A DNA stretch of 64,000 nt from Desulfatiglandales bacterium (GTDB taxonomy: Bacteria; Desulfobacterota; DSM-4660; Desulfatiglandales; Desulfatiglandaceae). The notes below the pieces were generated by a model. That model did no database searches. It was not told the DNA's origin and saw only the letters and a program-made list of their open reading frames with translations. Positions 27,723 through 37,563 of this stretch are shown one piece after another. The stretch is from NCBI GenBank assembly GCA_963666345.1, contig OY762721.1, positions 928,001 through 992,000 on the forward strand. The letters are read 5' to 3'. The first letter of the stretch is position 1. Each line of letters opens with the position of its first letter. Position numbers and translations under genes: made by a program.

Positions 27723-28850
27723 TCAATATTTCCCTTTGTATTCATAGCCGCCTCTGACCCCGTTTTTTGAAAAAACGACCTGCCACAACTGAATTCTTCT
27801 TGCCCTGAAACTTCCTGCGCAAGAAAGGAGATAATAGGTCCACATGCGGTAGAATCTCTCATCATACATATCACCTATCTTGTCCCAGTTATCGATGAAA
27901 TTCTTATGCCACGCCATCAGGGTGGGGTCATAGTATTGACCGAAGCTGTGCCAATCTTCCATGACAAGCTGTCCCTCGGCCGCCGAGCAGATCTGCCTTG
28001 CCGAAGGAAGCATTGAATTAGGGAAGATATACTTTTCAATCCACGGATCCGTCGACCTGACGGAGCTGTTTCCCGCGATCGTATGCAACAGAAAAAGCCC
28101 GTCTTCTTTCAAACAGTTGCTGACTACCTCCATGTAGGTCCCGTAGTTCCTGTAACCCACATGTTCGATCATGCCGACTGAGACGACACGGTCGAATTGT
28201 TCCTTTATATCCCGATAATCCATGAATTCGATTCGGACATCAAGGCCGCGGCAGTATTGCCTGGCAAATTTCACCTGCTCTTTGGACACCGTTATTCCAA
28301 GCACCCTGACATCATATTTTTCAGCGGCCCACCCGGCAAGGCCTCCCCACCCGCACCCGATATCAAGGACGCTCATGCCCGGTTTAAGCATCATCTTGCG
28401 GCAGATCATGTCCATCTTGGCCTCCTGGGCCTCGTCCAGGGTCCCGGCCTTATCCCAGTAACCGCATGAATAGTTCATCCTCCTATCCAGCATAACGGAA
28501 AAAAGAGGGTTACCGATGTCATAATGCCGCTTTCCGATCATATATGCCTTTGACCTGCTCTGGGCATTTGAGATCTTCGCCTTTAGGACCGCCCACAGGA
28601 GACACTTATCGTTTCGCACCGTCTTGTCAAGCCTCGCGCTCATTATCCTGTCAAAAAGTTGATCAAGTGCCTCACATTTCCACCACCCGTCCATGTAACT
28701 TTCTCCCAGGGCAAGTGAGGCGCCTGACAGAATCCTGTCATAAAAACCGGGGTTTAGCACCCTGATATCCCACGGCCTGTCTCCGTCAACCCGGACATCC
28801 AGGCATTCGAATATCTTTTCCGCTGCCTTCCTGGCATCTGATTTTCTCAT
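27723..28850 (-). CDS. cfa: Cyclopropane-fatty-acyl-phospholipid synthase
   Basis: LGESYMDGWW, HYDIGN, YSCGYW, VLDIGCGWGG, SVGMIEHVG, RMWTYYL..CAG.F. Confidence 0.93.
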   Translation of the reverse strand: MRKSDARKAAEKIFECLDVRVDGDRPWDIRVLNPGFYDRILSGASLALGESYMDGWWKCEALDQLFDRIMSARLDKTVRNDKCLLWAVLKAKISNAQSRSKAYMIGKRHYDIGNPLFSVMLDRRMNYSCGYWDKAGTLDEAQEAKMDMICRKMMLKPGMSVLDIGCGWGGLAGWAAEKYDVRVLGITVSKEQVKFARQYCRGLDVRIEFMDYRDIKEQFDRVVSVGMIEHVGYRNYGTYMEVVSNCLKEDGLFLLHTIAGNSSVRSTDPWIEKYIFPNSMLPSARQICSAAEGQLVMEDWHSFGQYYDPTLMAWHKNFIDNWDKIGDMYDERFYRMWTYYLLSCAGSFRARRIQLWQVVFSKNGVRGGYEYKGKY

Positions 28851-28903
28851 AGGGAATCTCACTTCCGGTGATTTTTATCTCCCGTCTCAAATAGTGCCTT
28901 TGC

Positions 28904-29800
28904 TTATGCGACTAACAACCCTGCGGCAACCAGCACCGGGGTCACGACGCAGATAATAACGTTCAGCCCCATATAAGGTATAAGTTTCTCTATATTCTCC
29001 CGGTACCTTATCCCTCCCACAAAGGCGGGCACTGCCATAATAACGGTTAACAGGCCGATAAGTGTAATTTCAGGTAAAAATCCGAAACAGGCGCCAAATA
29101 TTATAGACAGATAGGCCATCAACAGGAATACGCCGTAAATAAAACCGCTGTTTCGTCTGCCCACGACGATCGGAAAATTTCTTCGCCCCACATTTCGGTC
29201 GGCTTCAATATCAGGGAACTGATTCAAAAGGAGCAGATCGCTGATCAAAAAAAAGGGTACAAGTGACGCGATAAACGCAGGCAGCGAATACTCACCCGTG
29301 AGAACAAAATGTGTGCCCATTACCATGAGCGGCCCGAAACCCACTCCAGGAGCCACCAGGCAGAGCAAGGGGCTTCCTGAAAGCCATGGAGTATATGCAA
29401 ATATCGTCAAAAGCCCCAGGACGCCTACAGGCAGAAGCCATAAGCCTCTGACATAGATAAAAAACAGCCCCATAAAAACGGTTACGGCAAAGGTTATGAC
29501 CGCGGTGTAAAGGACGCAACAAGCCATGGCAGGCCTTTCAGGCAGGGTTCCGCTACCTCCGCTGAAAGGGGTTCGGGAGGTCTTTAGGTCGAGCCCGCTT
29601 TTGAAATCAAAATATTCGTTAAAGGCGTTAACGCTTATGTGAGCGCTGACAGCCCCTAACAGAGCCAGGATAAAGTAGTAAATACTTACATGACCTGCCG
29701 TCCACACGGCTGTCCCCAACCCCAGCAGGACGGATGCGGGGGTTATCACCAGAAAAGGAATGCGCATCGGTCCCAGAAGATATTTCAGGTTGTTCGTCAT
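28904..29800 (-). CDS. UbiA/MenA-family prenyltransferase
   Basis: NAFNEYFDFKSGLD, RTPFSGGSG, LLNQFPDIEAD...GRRN; likely start ATG 29800. Confidence 0.88.
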   Translation of the reverse strand: MTNNLKYLLGPMRIPFLVITPASVLLGLGTAVWTAGHVSIYYFILALLGAVSAHISVNAFNEYFDFKSGLDLKTSRTPFSGGSGTLPERPAMACCVLYTAVITFAVTVFMGLFFIYVRGLWLLPVGVLGLLTIFAYTPWLSGSPLLCLVAPGVGFGPLMVMGTHFVLTGEYSLPAFIASLVPFFLISDLLLLNQFPDIEADRNVGRRNFPIVVGRRNSGFIYGVFLLMAYLSIIFGACFGFLPEITLIGLLTVIMAVPAFVGGIRYRENIEKLIPYMGLNVIICVVTPVLVAAGLLVA

Positions 29801-29804
29801 TGTC

Positions 29805-30098
29805 TCATGTACTTGATTTTTGAGGACCTTCTGATGGAAGACCTTGTTTTCTATCGCCCCATCGCCATGCCGGTTTTTCACCCTTTTTCCAGCATATATA
29901 AATCAACAGGGATGTTAAGGCCATCAGAAAAAAGAAGAAGCCTGTCATGCTCACTATGGAATTTATCAAAAAGCAGCTGCCGGCTAAAACCAGCAGGATA
30001 TATACGATCAGTACGGACCACCCCTGCCATGTAACCGGAAGCCCCCATCCGAAACCATATTTTTTTGCCGGAAACCATACCCGATTTTTCTCCGCCAT
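29805..30098 (-). CDS. Small membrane protein, hypothetical
   Basis: WFPAKKYGFGWGLPVTWQGW, two TM helices, KGEKPAWRWG. Confidence 0.7.
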   Translation of the reverse strand: MAEKNRVWFPAKKYGFGWGLPVTWQGWSVLIVYILLVLAGSCFLINSIVSMTGFFFFLMALTSLLIYICWKKGEKPAWRWGDRKQGLPSEGPQKSST

Positions 30099-30170
30099 AC
30101 TTTTCTCTTTCCTCTTTTGGAACTTCGCCGTCAACCTCCGCCTGAAGCAATCTGCGCCGGCACTGTTGAC

Positions 30171-30695
30171 TTATGGCTTGATCAGATCTCTCTTGATCGA
30201 ATATGACTCAACCATATCTCCATAACAATCGAATCTGCTGTCCGGTTTCATACCGATCTTTTTCAGGATATGGATAGATGCCGTATTTTCTGGAATTGCG
30301 GCCCCGTAGATGGTTTCCAGTTTCAGGGCCTCAAACCCGTATCTGACGCAAAAAGACGCAGCTTCAAATGCATACCCTTTGCCCCACCGGTCCTGAACCA
30401 GACCATACAGTACATCAATAAAAGCGAATTTTTTCACATATTCCAATCCGCAGTAACCGATATTTTCTTCCGAGCCCTTTTCCTGTACCATGAACGTCCC
30501 GAAGTTATGTCTTTCCCAGTGTAAGAGTCTATCTCTGAGCCATTCATAGATCCTGGCTTCAGGATATGGTCTCTCCAGGGGAAGAAATCTTGTCCTTTCA
30601 GGATCAGACAAATAATATCTCATAAAACCATGATCAGTCTCTGAGATTTGCCTTAAAACGAGTCTTCTGGTTTTCAATGTTTTCAAATCATACAT
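30171..30695 (-). CDS. GNAT N-acetyltransferase (RimJ/RimL type)
   Basis: LKTRRLVLR, IGYCGL, WGKGYAFEAA, ENTASIHILKKIGM. Confidence 0.88.
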   Translation of the reverse strand: MYDLKTLKTRRLVLRQISETDHGFMRYYLSDPERTRFLPLERPYPEARIYEWLRDRLLHWERHNFGTFMVQEKGSEENIGYCGLEYVKKFAFIDVLYGLVQDRWGKGYAFEAASFCVRYGFEALKLETIYGAAIPENTASIHILKKIGMKPDSRFDCYGDMVESYSIKRDLIKP

Positions 30696-30739
30696 CCCTG
30701 CATTTTAGAGCTGATAGAGGTACATGCCGTCTTCCGCGC

Positions 30740-31546
30740 TCAAAGAGGAACAAACAAGACATCGCTCATACTTCGGCCCAGGAATTCCTCACCGAAGCTT
30801 TTGAATCTTTTAGGGTCATCGGTGGTGAAAAAGTTCCTGCCCCCGGCCCTGGACAACCTCGTTTCCATCTCCGGGTGGCGCATGAGGTAATCACCCAGTC
30901 TGTCCGCCACTATGGCCGGGGCATCCAGTACCCGGCAGTTCCTTCCCGAAAGCCTCTTGATGTCCCTTTCCAGAAAGGGGTAGTGGGTGCAGCCGAGGAT
31001 CAGGGTGTCCACAGTCTTACTTTTAAGAGTTCTCAGGTATTTCTTAAGGATCATGTTGGTCTCAGGCTTTCCCGCCCACCCCTCCTCCACCAGGGGGACC
31101 AGGAGGGGGCAGGCCTGCCCGAATACCTTCAGTTGAGGGTTCAGCTTGCGCAGTTCCTGTTCATAGACCCCGGATTCGATGGTGGCACGGGTACCCATGA
31201 CCCCGATCCGGCCCCACCGTGAGGACTTTGCCGCAGCCTCAGCAAGGGGGATGACGACTCCAAGAACGCGCCGCTCGGGATAATGCAGGGGCAGCCACTC
31301 CTGCTGGATCTTCCTCAGGGCCTTGGCCGATGCGGTGTTACAGGCAAGTATGACAAGCTCAGCGCCCTGACCAAAAAGAAACTCCACGGCCCGTAGGGTA
31401 TATTCGTAAACCATCTTGAGGGACTTGTTGCCGTAAGGCGCACGCGCACTGTCGCCCAGGTAGAGGTAGTCGTATCCCGGCATTTCCTTTAGAAACGCCT
31501 TTAGGACCGTCAATCCGCCGTATCCGGAATCAAAAACACCGATCAT
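30740..31546 (-). CDS. murI: Glutamate racemase
   Basis: IGVFDSGYGGLTV, PYG, LACNTASA, LILGCTHYP. Confidence 0.95.
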   Translation of the reverse strand: MIGVFDSGYGGLTVLKAFLKEMPGYDYLYLGDSARAPYGNKSLKMVYEYTLRAVEFLFGQGAELVILACNTASAKALRKIQQEWLPLHYPERRVLGVVIPLAEAAAKSSRWGRIGVMGTRATIESGVYEQELRKLNPQLKVFGQACPLLVPLVEEGWAGKPETNMILKKYLRTLKSKTVDTLILGCTHYPFLERDIKRLSGRNCRVLDAPAIVADRLGDYLMRHPEMETRLSRAGGRNFFTTDDPKRFKSFGEEFLGRSMSDVLFVPL

Positions 31547-31605
31547 AATAACTCCCACAGTAGGAAGATAAAGTAGTGAGGAGACTTCCGCAATTATAAA
31601 TCCGC

Positions 31606-32324
31606 TCAGTCCGACAGGTAGTACTCCAGAGTGGACACGACCCTTACCTTCTTGATGTGAGGGGTATTGCTGTCTCTGTCATGGATCGAAAACTGACCTT
31701 GTCTTGCTCTTTTGATCTTGCCGAGTTTACTGTTTGAATCCCTTGCAAATTTCAGGGCAACCTCTCTTGCATTTTTGGTGGCCTCCTCTATCATGTCAGG
31801 CTTTATCCTGTTCAAGTTCGTAAATAAAAATTGGGTCCTTGTTTGATAATCCTGCCCTGAAATGGCGATCCCTTTCTTGCCTATTTCAACGAGTTTCTTC
31901 ATTGCGTCCCGAACGGTATCGACCTTGCCGGAATAGACCGAGATTGTTGAGTTGGCTGAATATCTGAATTTTATCCTGTCCGAGGCGCCATAACCCTGCG
32001 CCTGGCGGTCAATGATGGCTATCGCGGTTATGGAGATATCATCATCGGTGAAGCCATTTTTCTTTAGAAATCCGACTATGATGTCACCTTTTTTTTGAAT
32101 CACCGAATACAAGTTGGAAAGGTCGTTACCGGCTTCACTGAATTTAATCGGCCAGATGGCGATATTTGCGGGCACCTCCCGTTCAGACAGTCCCTTCACC
32201 GTCACGGTTCGATCAAGTCCCTTTATCTTAACGGCACTGCTGAAAAGCAGGAAGCCGAGGGTTACCGACCGGTGCATAAAAATGCACCAAGGATAACAGA
32301 CTCTGCAATTCTCCTTGTATTCAT
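31606..32324 (-). pseudogene. SIMPL (DUF541) domain protein with a 1-nt deletion near the 5' end
   Basis: VTVKGLSEREV, ARQGQFSI, KKVRVVSTLEY. The RBS-associated ATG at 32324 (MNTRRIAESVILGAFLCTG) is out of frame with the body by one base near 32266-32270. Confidence 0.7.
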
Positions 32325-32399
32325 ATGCTGATCCTTTTAAATAACCGGGGTTTGGTTCAACTCACGGGGTGGTGTTCCTTTGGGGCTGCGCCCGAAAAT

Positions 32400-33083
32400 T
32401 CATACAGGCTTTTGTATTTTTGTGTAATTGGATACGGGATGGTTGCATATCTCGCAGGGCAGCTCCGGTTTCTTGCACAGGGTGGATCCGCAGTTTCTGC
32501 AGACATGAAAGTCAAGTTCCGTGGATTCGATCTTCTTGGCAACCTTCGGGAAAAACAGCCCTGAATATCTGTAAATCTGCTCTATCATCTCCCGGTGCTG
32601 TTTGTGGGATTTCCAGGACCACATACAGCTCTCAACCGCCTGGGCATGCGCCTCTTCCTTTAATTTATTCAAAAAATCAGGATAAATCTCCTTTATTTTT
32701 GTTAATTCTTTTTTGGAGGCTATTCTCAGATTATTCTTTGTATCATCTACTTTCGTGCATATCTCAGATGAAGTGAATTCGACCCCCAGCACTGACAATA
32801 CCTTCCTGTAATTTTCCGCGTGGATATACTCCGAGGCAGCAAATGCTGAAAAAAGATAGGCAATCCCCTTGTAATTATCCCTGACAGCCCTTTCACAATA
32901 CCCCCTGTAGTGTTCGTATGAATTCATCTCCGATTCATTTGCCGCCTTAAGGGTGGAAATGGTATCAGCAAAACCTTGAGGGTAATTTTTAGGTTCTTCA
33001 GCGCTTACCAGCCTACTGAAACATAGCGGAACCGGCAGGGTAGCAATAAACTTAAGCAGACTCCTTCTGGTAATCTCATACAT
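32400..33083 (-). CDS. Rubrerythrin-family protein with twin-arginine signal peptide
   Basis: ITRRSLLK, ESEMNSYEHY, FAASEYIHAENY, C-terminal CRNCG...CEIC. Confidence 0.8.
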   Translation of the reverse strand: MYEITRRSLLKFIATLPVPLCFSRLVSAEEPKNYPQGFADTISTLKAANESEMNSYEHYRGYCERAVRDNYKGIAYLFSAFAASEYIHAENYRKVLSVLGVEFTSSEICTKVDDTKNNLRIASKKELTKIKEIYPDFLNKLKEEAHAQAVESCMWSWKSHKQHREMIEQIYRYSGLFFPKVAKKIESTELDFHVCRNCGSTLCKKPELPCEICNHPVSNYTKIQKPV

Positions 33084-33395
33084 ATCCGTTCCTTTTTTTA
33101 ATACATAACTGGTTTGCGAAAAAGATCTCTTTTCAGCCCTGTTTAACGCCTTCTAATCGGGGGATGATCCATACATGATAACGACTTTATAGTCTCAATA
33201 CAACCCTTCATGCAAATCCCGAATCCGCCACTTAATTGAGGCGCAATCAACCATGATTTCGACTTCCGGGCACAGGCAGGATGTTGGATGCAAGCGAGGA
33301 GCTAGGATTGAGGCTATGACTTGTACAACGCGCATTACCGGATCAGGGCATTAAAGCTCCCCTCAGCAAGCTGCTTGGTTGGCCGCGAGACATTT

Positions 33396-34298
33396 TCAAC
33401 CGATTGTCAAACGGTTCCTCCCTTCAGCCTTGCTTCTGTACAAAAGGGTATCGGCTCTTTTTATAAGCCCTTTTATAGTGTCGGTTTCTTCTGCGAGTGT
33501 GGCTCCGATTGAAATTGTCACAGACAGTCTTTTCTTCTCATGAATTATGTATGAATTTTCTATCAGCAGGCAAAGCCTGTTACCCAGTATTTCAAGGTCT
33601 TTGCCGTTTATATTAGGAATAACACCGATAAATTCTTCACCCCCCCAGCGCCCGTAAAGGTCAAACGGCCTTGCGTTGGCCGCAAAGGTCTTTGCGACAA
33701 ATCTCAGTACTTCGTCACCCACGTCATGGCCATATGTGTCATTAAACTTCTTGAAATGGTCAATATCAATAAACAAGACACCGAACGGCACATTAAAACG
33801 TTTTTTTTCTTCAAACCTGCTATGGATTTCTTTGTCGATATAGTTTCTGTTTGCCAGTTGAGTAAGATTGTCGATAAGGGCAAGCTTTTCAAGTTCCTTT
33901 ACCCTGAAATTATTGATTTCCTGACTGCTGATATCCGTAAACAGCTCTATCCCGCCGATTACATTGCCCTCTTTATCTGTCAGGGTGCTTACACGAACGG
34001 AAACCGGTATCCTGTGGCCATCCTTGTGGTGCATGTATATTTCAGCTTCACGCGGCTTTCCATCGGCAATGCTTGCTGCAAGAGGACAGAGCCCTGCACA
34101 AAGGTTGTTACCCTCACTGTCGACGTGGGTGAGAAGGCTATCGGAGCAGGAACTGCCCACGACCTCATCAGCCTTAAACCCGGAAATCCTTTCAGCAGCC
34201 TTGTTCCAGTATGTTATAACCCTTTCACGGTCCACGAAATAGAGCCCGTCATGGAGTTTTTCAACGATCCTTTCATAAAAGTCTTTTTCCATGCCCAT
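33396..34298 (-). CDS. PAS-domain diguanylate cyclase
   Basis: WNKAAERISG PAS domain, DNLTQLANR, DIDHFKKFNDTYGH, RPFD I-site, GRWGGEEF. Confidence 0.93.
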   Translation of the reverse strand: MGMEKDFYERIVEKLHDGLYFVDRERVITYWNKAAERISGFKADEVVGSSCSDSLLTHVDSEGNNLCAGLCPLAASIADGKPREAEIYMHHKDGHRIPVSVRVSTLTDKEGNVIGGIELFTDISSQEINNFRVKELEKLALIDNLTQLANRNYIDKEIHSRFEEKKRFNVPFGVLFIDIDHFKKFNDTYGHDVGDEVLRFVAKTFAANARPFDLYGRWGGEEFIGVIPNINGKDLEILGNRLCLLIENSYIIHEKKRLSVTISIGATLAEETDTIKGLIKRADTLLYRSKAEGRNRLTIG

Positions 34299-34511
34299 GG
34301 ATTATTCCTCCCCGATTTTCCATAGAAACGGCTTCCGTCTTTCCACATTGATATATTATGCTCAAGCCCCGGAAAAACAAACCCATCTTGTAACGACACC
34401 TTCTTGAAGGAACATTTTACCCCATTACTTCCTCCATATCATATACTTATCTCGGCCTGAACTAAAAAACCGACAGGTCCTCACGGTGTTCATTTAGCGC
34501 CGCTTAAGCCG

Positions 34512-35387
34512 CTACCAGTGCGGCTGATTGCCTATGCGCTGGCCCATTACCTCCAGGGTGTCGGAAACCACCATGAATACATCCGGATCGACACCGCGGA
34601 TCAACTGTTTAAGCCGCGAAAGTTCACTAAAGGAAATGACCACGTAAAGGAGTTGCCTCTCGCTGCCTGTATATCCCCCGCGGCCGCCGATGATAGTGAC
34701 CGTTCGCCCTATCTTGGCAATAATCTCATCGGATATTCTCCGCCACTGGCTAGAGATGATAAACGCCGCCTTTCTCTTGCTCAGCCCGCTGACCACGAGG
34801 TTGATCATATAGGAACTGACATAAATGAATATCAGGGTATAGAGCGCTCCTTCCAGGGAAAAGAGTATGGCCCCGGCAGCCAGCACGATGCTGTTAAAGG
34901 CCAGAATGGTGGTGCCGATACGGATTGAGAAAAGTTTCAAAAGCATAACAGATAGGATATCCAGGCCACCGGAGGAGCCAAGGGATTTCAGGATAACCCC
35001 TGCTCCGACCCCGGTTATGATGCCCCCCAGTATGGCACTCAGGATCTTGTCATGCACAGGCACGCCAAAATGGATAAACAGCATGGCACATGTGAAGATA
35101 GACATCCCGGCAATGCTGTAGAAAAAGAAACGCCGGCCCACATATACCCACCCCAGGCAGAATACCGGTATGTTGAGGATAAAATAAAGCATCGCCACCG
35201 GCAGGGAGGGTACAAGGTAATGGATGACCAGTGCCAAGCCGGTAAACCCGGCACCGAAGAAATGCTGAGGTATGAGTATCCCGTTTATGCAGACTGCGCA
35301 AAGGGTGCTGCCGAAAGACAACAAAAACAGATTCCATAAAACCTGTAAGACCGCTTTTTTATCCGGCTTCCAAGGCCGTCTTGACAT
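34512..35387 (-). CDS. YitT-family membrane protein (DUF161/DUF2179)
   Basis: LNIPVF, GSSGGLDI, GGYTG, DPDVFMVVSDTLEVMG. Confidence 0.88.
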   Translation of the reverse strand: MSRRPWKPDKKAVLQVLWNLFLLSFGSTLCAVCINGILIPQHFFGAGFTGLALVIHYLVPSLPVAMLYFILNIPVFCLGWVYVGRRFFFYSIAGMSIFTCAMLFIHFGVPVHDKILSAILGGIITGVGAGVILKSLGSSGGLDILSVMLLKLFSIRIGTTILAFNSIVLAAGAILFSLEGALYTLIFIYVSSYMINLVVSGLSKRKAAFIISSQWRRISDEIIAKIGRTVTIIGGRGGYTGSERQLLYVVISFSELSRLKQLIRGVDPDVFMVVSDTLEVMGQRIGNQPHW

Positions 35388-35705
35388 CACTGTTTCCTCC
35401 CTCTCTTTTTAAAGTATACTGCTTTTTTCATATCGCCCCCGAGAAACCGGATAAAGGCTGACTTCTCTTGGCCTGCGGGCAGAGGCGACAGCATACCCAT
35501 AATGGCGATACAACTGTTTTTGTATCACACAATGGGTCCCGAAAGCTATCAGCGCCTTAGGTCGTAGATATCATTGCAGGATTGCGCTTCAGATCTTTAC
35601 ACGCCATCCTGGATTCATTCAATCCATCCATTATTTTCTTGATATTTTCAGTCAGTAAAAATATTGCTGCCTCTGGCAATACTTGTATCATAAGGGAGGA
35701 TATTA

Positions 35706-36512
35706 ATGATCGAAAAAACAGCTCGTGACATCTGGGACTCCCGTGCGGAATCCCGCGTGAAATTATTGAAACAAAGGGAAATTAAACGAAGTAACACCCT
35801 CTATGAAGACGGCTGCTGGAGATTTATCGAACCTTTCCTTCCTGCCGGCCCGGGCCGCATTCTGGAGGCCGGATGCGGCACAGGGCGCTGGGTGTACCGT
35901 CTGGCCCCCCTTGGACATCGGATCGTACTTTCCGATTTTTCCCCGGAGATGATACGCGTCGCCTCCGAGGAAGTCGACAGGCGGGGGGTGTCGGACAGTG
36001 TGAATGCCTGCCATGTGCCTGACATATGCGACATGCACGCATTGGAGGATGAGGCCTTTGACATGGCACTGGCCCTGGGGGAACCCGTTGGTCTGTGCGA
36101 CGATCAGTGCAAAGCGGTGAAGGAAATGCACAGGGTGGTCAGGCCGGGAGGTTATGTGATCTGCGATGTGTCAAACCGGTACCGCAGAGCCCTTGACCTT
36201 GCGCGGGAAAACGACTGGTCAGGAGCCGCGGAACTGCTGAATCGCGGAACAAGCCGGACAAAGAGTGGTTTTTCTCACAAGAGTTTTTCTCCCGAGGAGG
36301 TACGTGAACTTTTCACCTCTTGCGGCCTGGAGGTCCTGCATGTGGCGGCCGTATGCCCCTTTCTGTCCTTTCCTCCTAAAAGGGATCAGACGAGTGCTCT
36401 TGAAGAGGATAAGACCTATGAAACAGTAAGGGATATTTTCCACCGGTTTGCAGAAGACCCGGAAATGATAGGTATGAGCGCCCGCCTCCTGATAGTGGGC
36501 AGGAAAATTTGA
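35706..36512 (+). CDS. Class I SAM-dependent methyltransferase
   Basis: ILEAGCGTGRW, DFSPEM, RVVRPGG; RBS GGAGG. Confidence 0.88.
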   Translation: MIEKTARDIWDSRAESRVKLLKQREIKRSNTLYEDGCWRFIEPFLPAGPGRILEAGCGTGRWVYRLAPLGHRIVLSDFSPEMIRVASEEVDRRGVSDSVNACHVPDICDMHALEDEAFDMALALGEPVGLCDDQCKAVKEMHRVVRPGGYVICDVSNRYRRALDLARENDWSGAAELLNRGTSRTKSGFSHKSFSPEEVRELFTSCGLEVLHVAAVCPFLSFPPKRDQTSALEEDKTYETVRDIFHRFAEDPEMIGMSARLLIVGRKI

Positions 36513-36596
36513 CTAATTGCCGGTTTTTTAACCCGGCCGCCCCGGTTGAGTGTTCGGTTGCGGAGGATTGAATTACGGCCTGATATATGCGGAAAA

Positions 36597-37277
36597 TCAC
36601 GGCGATATGGCAAAATCCCAACCCATTTCAACCGCCAGCCATTGAGGAAGAAGCATTAATGACCGAGAAAAATCCAAACCTGCGTTTTCGATATGATCCC
36701 TTATTGCCATTGAAAACCGACTTGCCTCCGTCACAATGGATGTAAGCACCACCGGAGCGTCTTCTGCAGATTCCGGATCATTTACTGCCGCGCAGGATAG
36801 CGGATGCGAACAGACAAAATGCGTTCGACACACGACCGGCCTCACGGGATAGGCGCTGCATGCGCCGTTCACCAGCAGAGGGCAGGGATGCTCATAGTTG
36901 GATAGATCGGGCTCCTCGTTTTTATCGGCCGACGGATATCTGCCCGGCCTGGATCTGTCCCATTCATGCCATTTCTGCGTACGCACCCTGAGTCCGTTTA
37001 TCTGCTCTTCTGACATTTCCCGCCTGACATACTGCCCCAGGGTGTGGGCCTCTGCGATGTTGGTAAGGATATGATACCGGCAACAGTAACAACAACCCAG
37101 CTTGCAGGTCGAAATGATGCCGTCTTCCCTTCGCAGACGATCCAGTCCGCATGCAGCCGCTTCATCCACTGAAGAGTACACGGCGTGAACGAATTTTTCT
37201 TGCGAAGCAATCAGGATATCGGCTTCCGATTTCTCTGGACCCATACCGGGATTGCCGTTTTCAATCATGTTCATCAT
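36597..37277 (-). CDS. YkgJ-family cysteine-cluster (CxxxCxxCC) protein
   Basis: CKLGCCYCC, CPLLVNGACSAYPVRPVVCR; likely start ATG 37277. Confidence 0.82.
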   Translation of the reverse strand: MMNMIENGNPGMGPEKSEADILIASQEKFVHAVYSSVDEAAACGLDRLRREDGIISTCKLGCCYCCRYHILTNIAEAHTLGQYVRREMSEEQINGLRVRTQKWHEWDRSRPGRYPSADKNEEPDLSNYEHPCPLLVNGACSAYPVRPVVCRTHFVCSHPLSCAAVNDPESAEDAPVVLTSIVTEASRFSMAIRDHIENAGLDFSRSLMLLPQWLAVEMGWDFAISP

Positions 37278-37563
37278 TTTCCCTTTTTTCGACATGAACT
37301 TCAGCCATGCAAAAGGCAACAGACCCGACTGATGTGAGCCGCCTGATTTATTGCCGAATAAACTTATATTGGGCAAGAGGAATTTTTGCCTATCGGGGAC
37401 AAAATGAGGGTCTGTTTTGACTGCCGGCTGTTTAGAGACACAACAGGGGAAAATCACATTTTTGACTCACTTTTTACCTGAATGCCTTATCTTACCAGTA
37501 TTCTCAAAAAATAACATCACATTATTAAAACATTCAGGGTTCCCATTTCATGCCCACGTTCTG

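Noticed and set aside
35400..35700. Possible riboswitch upstream of the YitT gene
   Set aside because: Only short complementary segments; no recognisable aptamer consensus or terminator.
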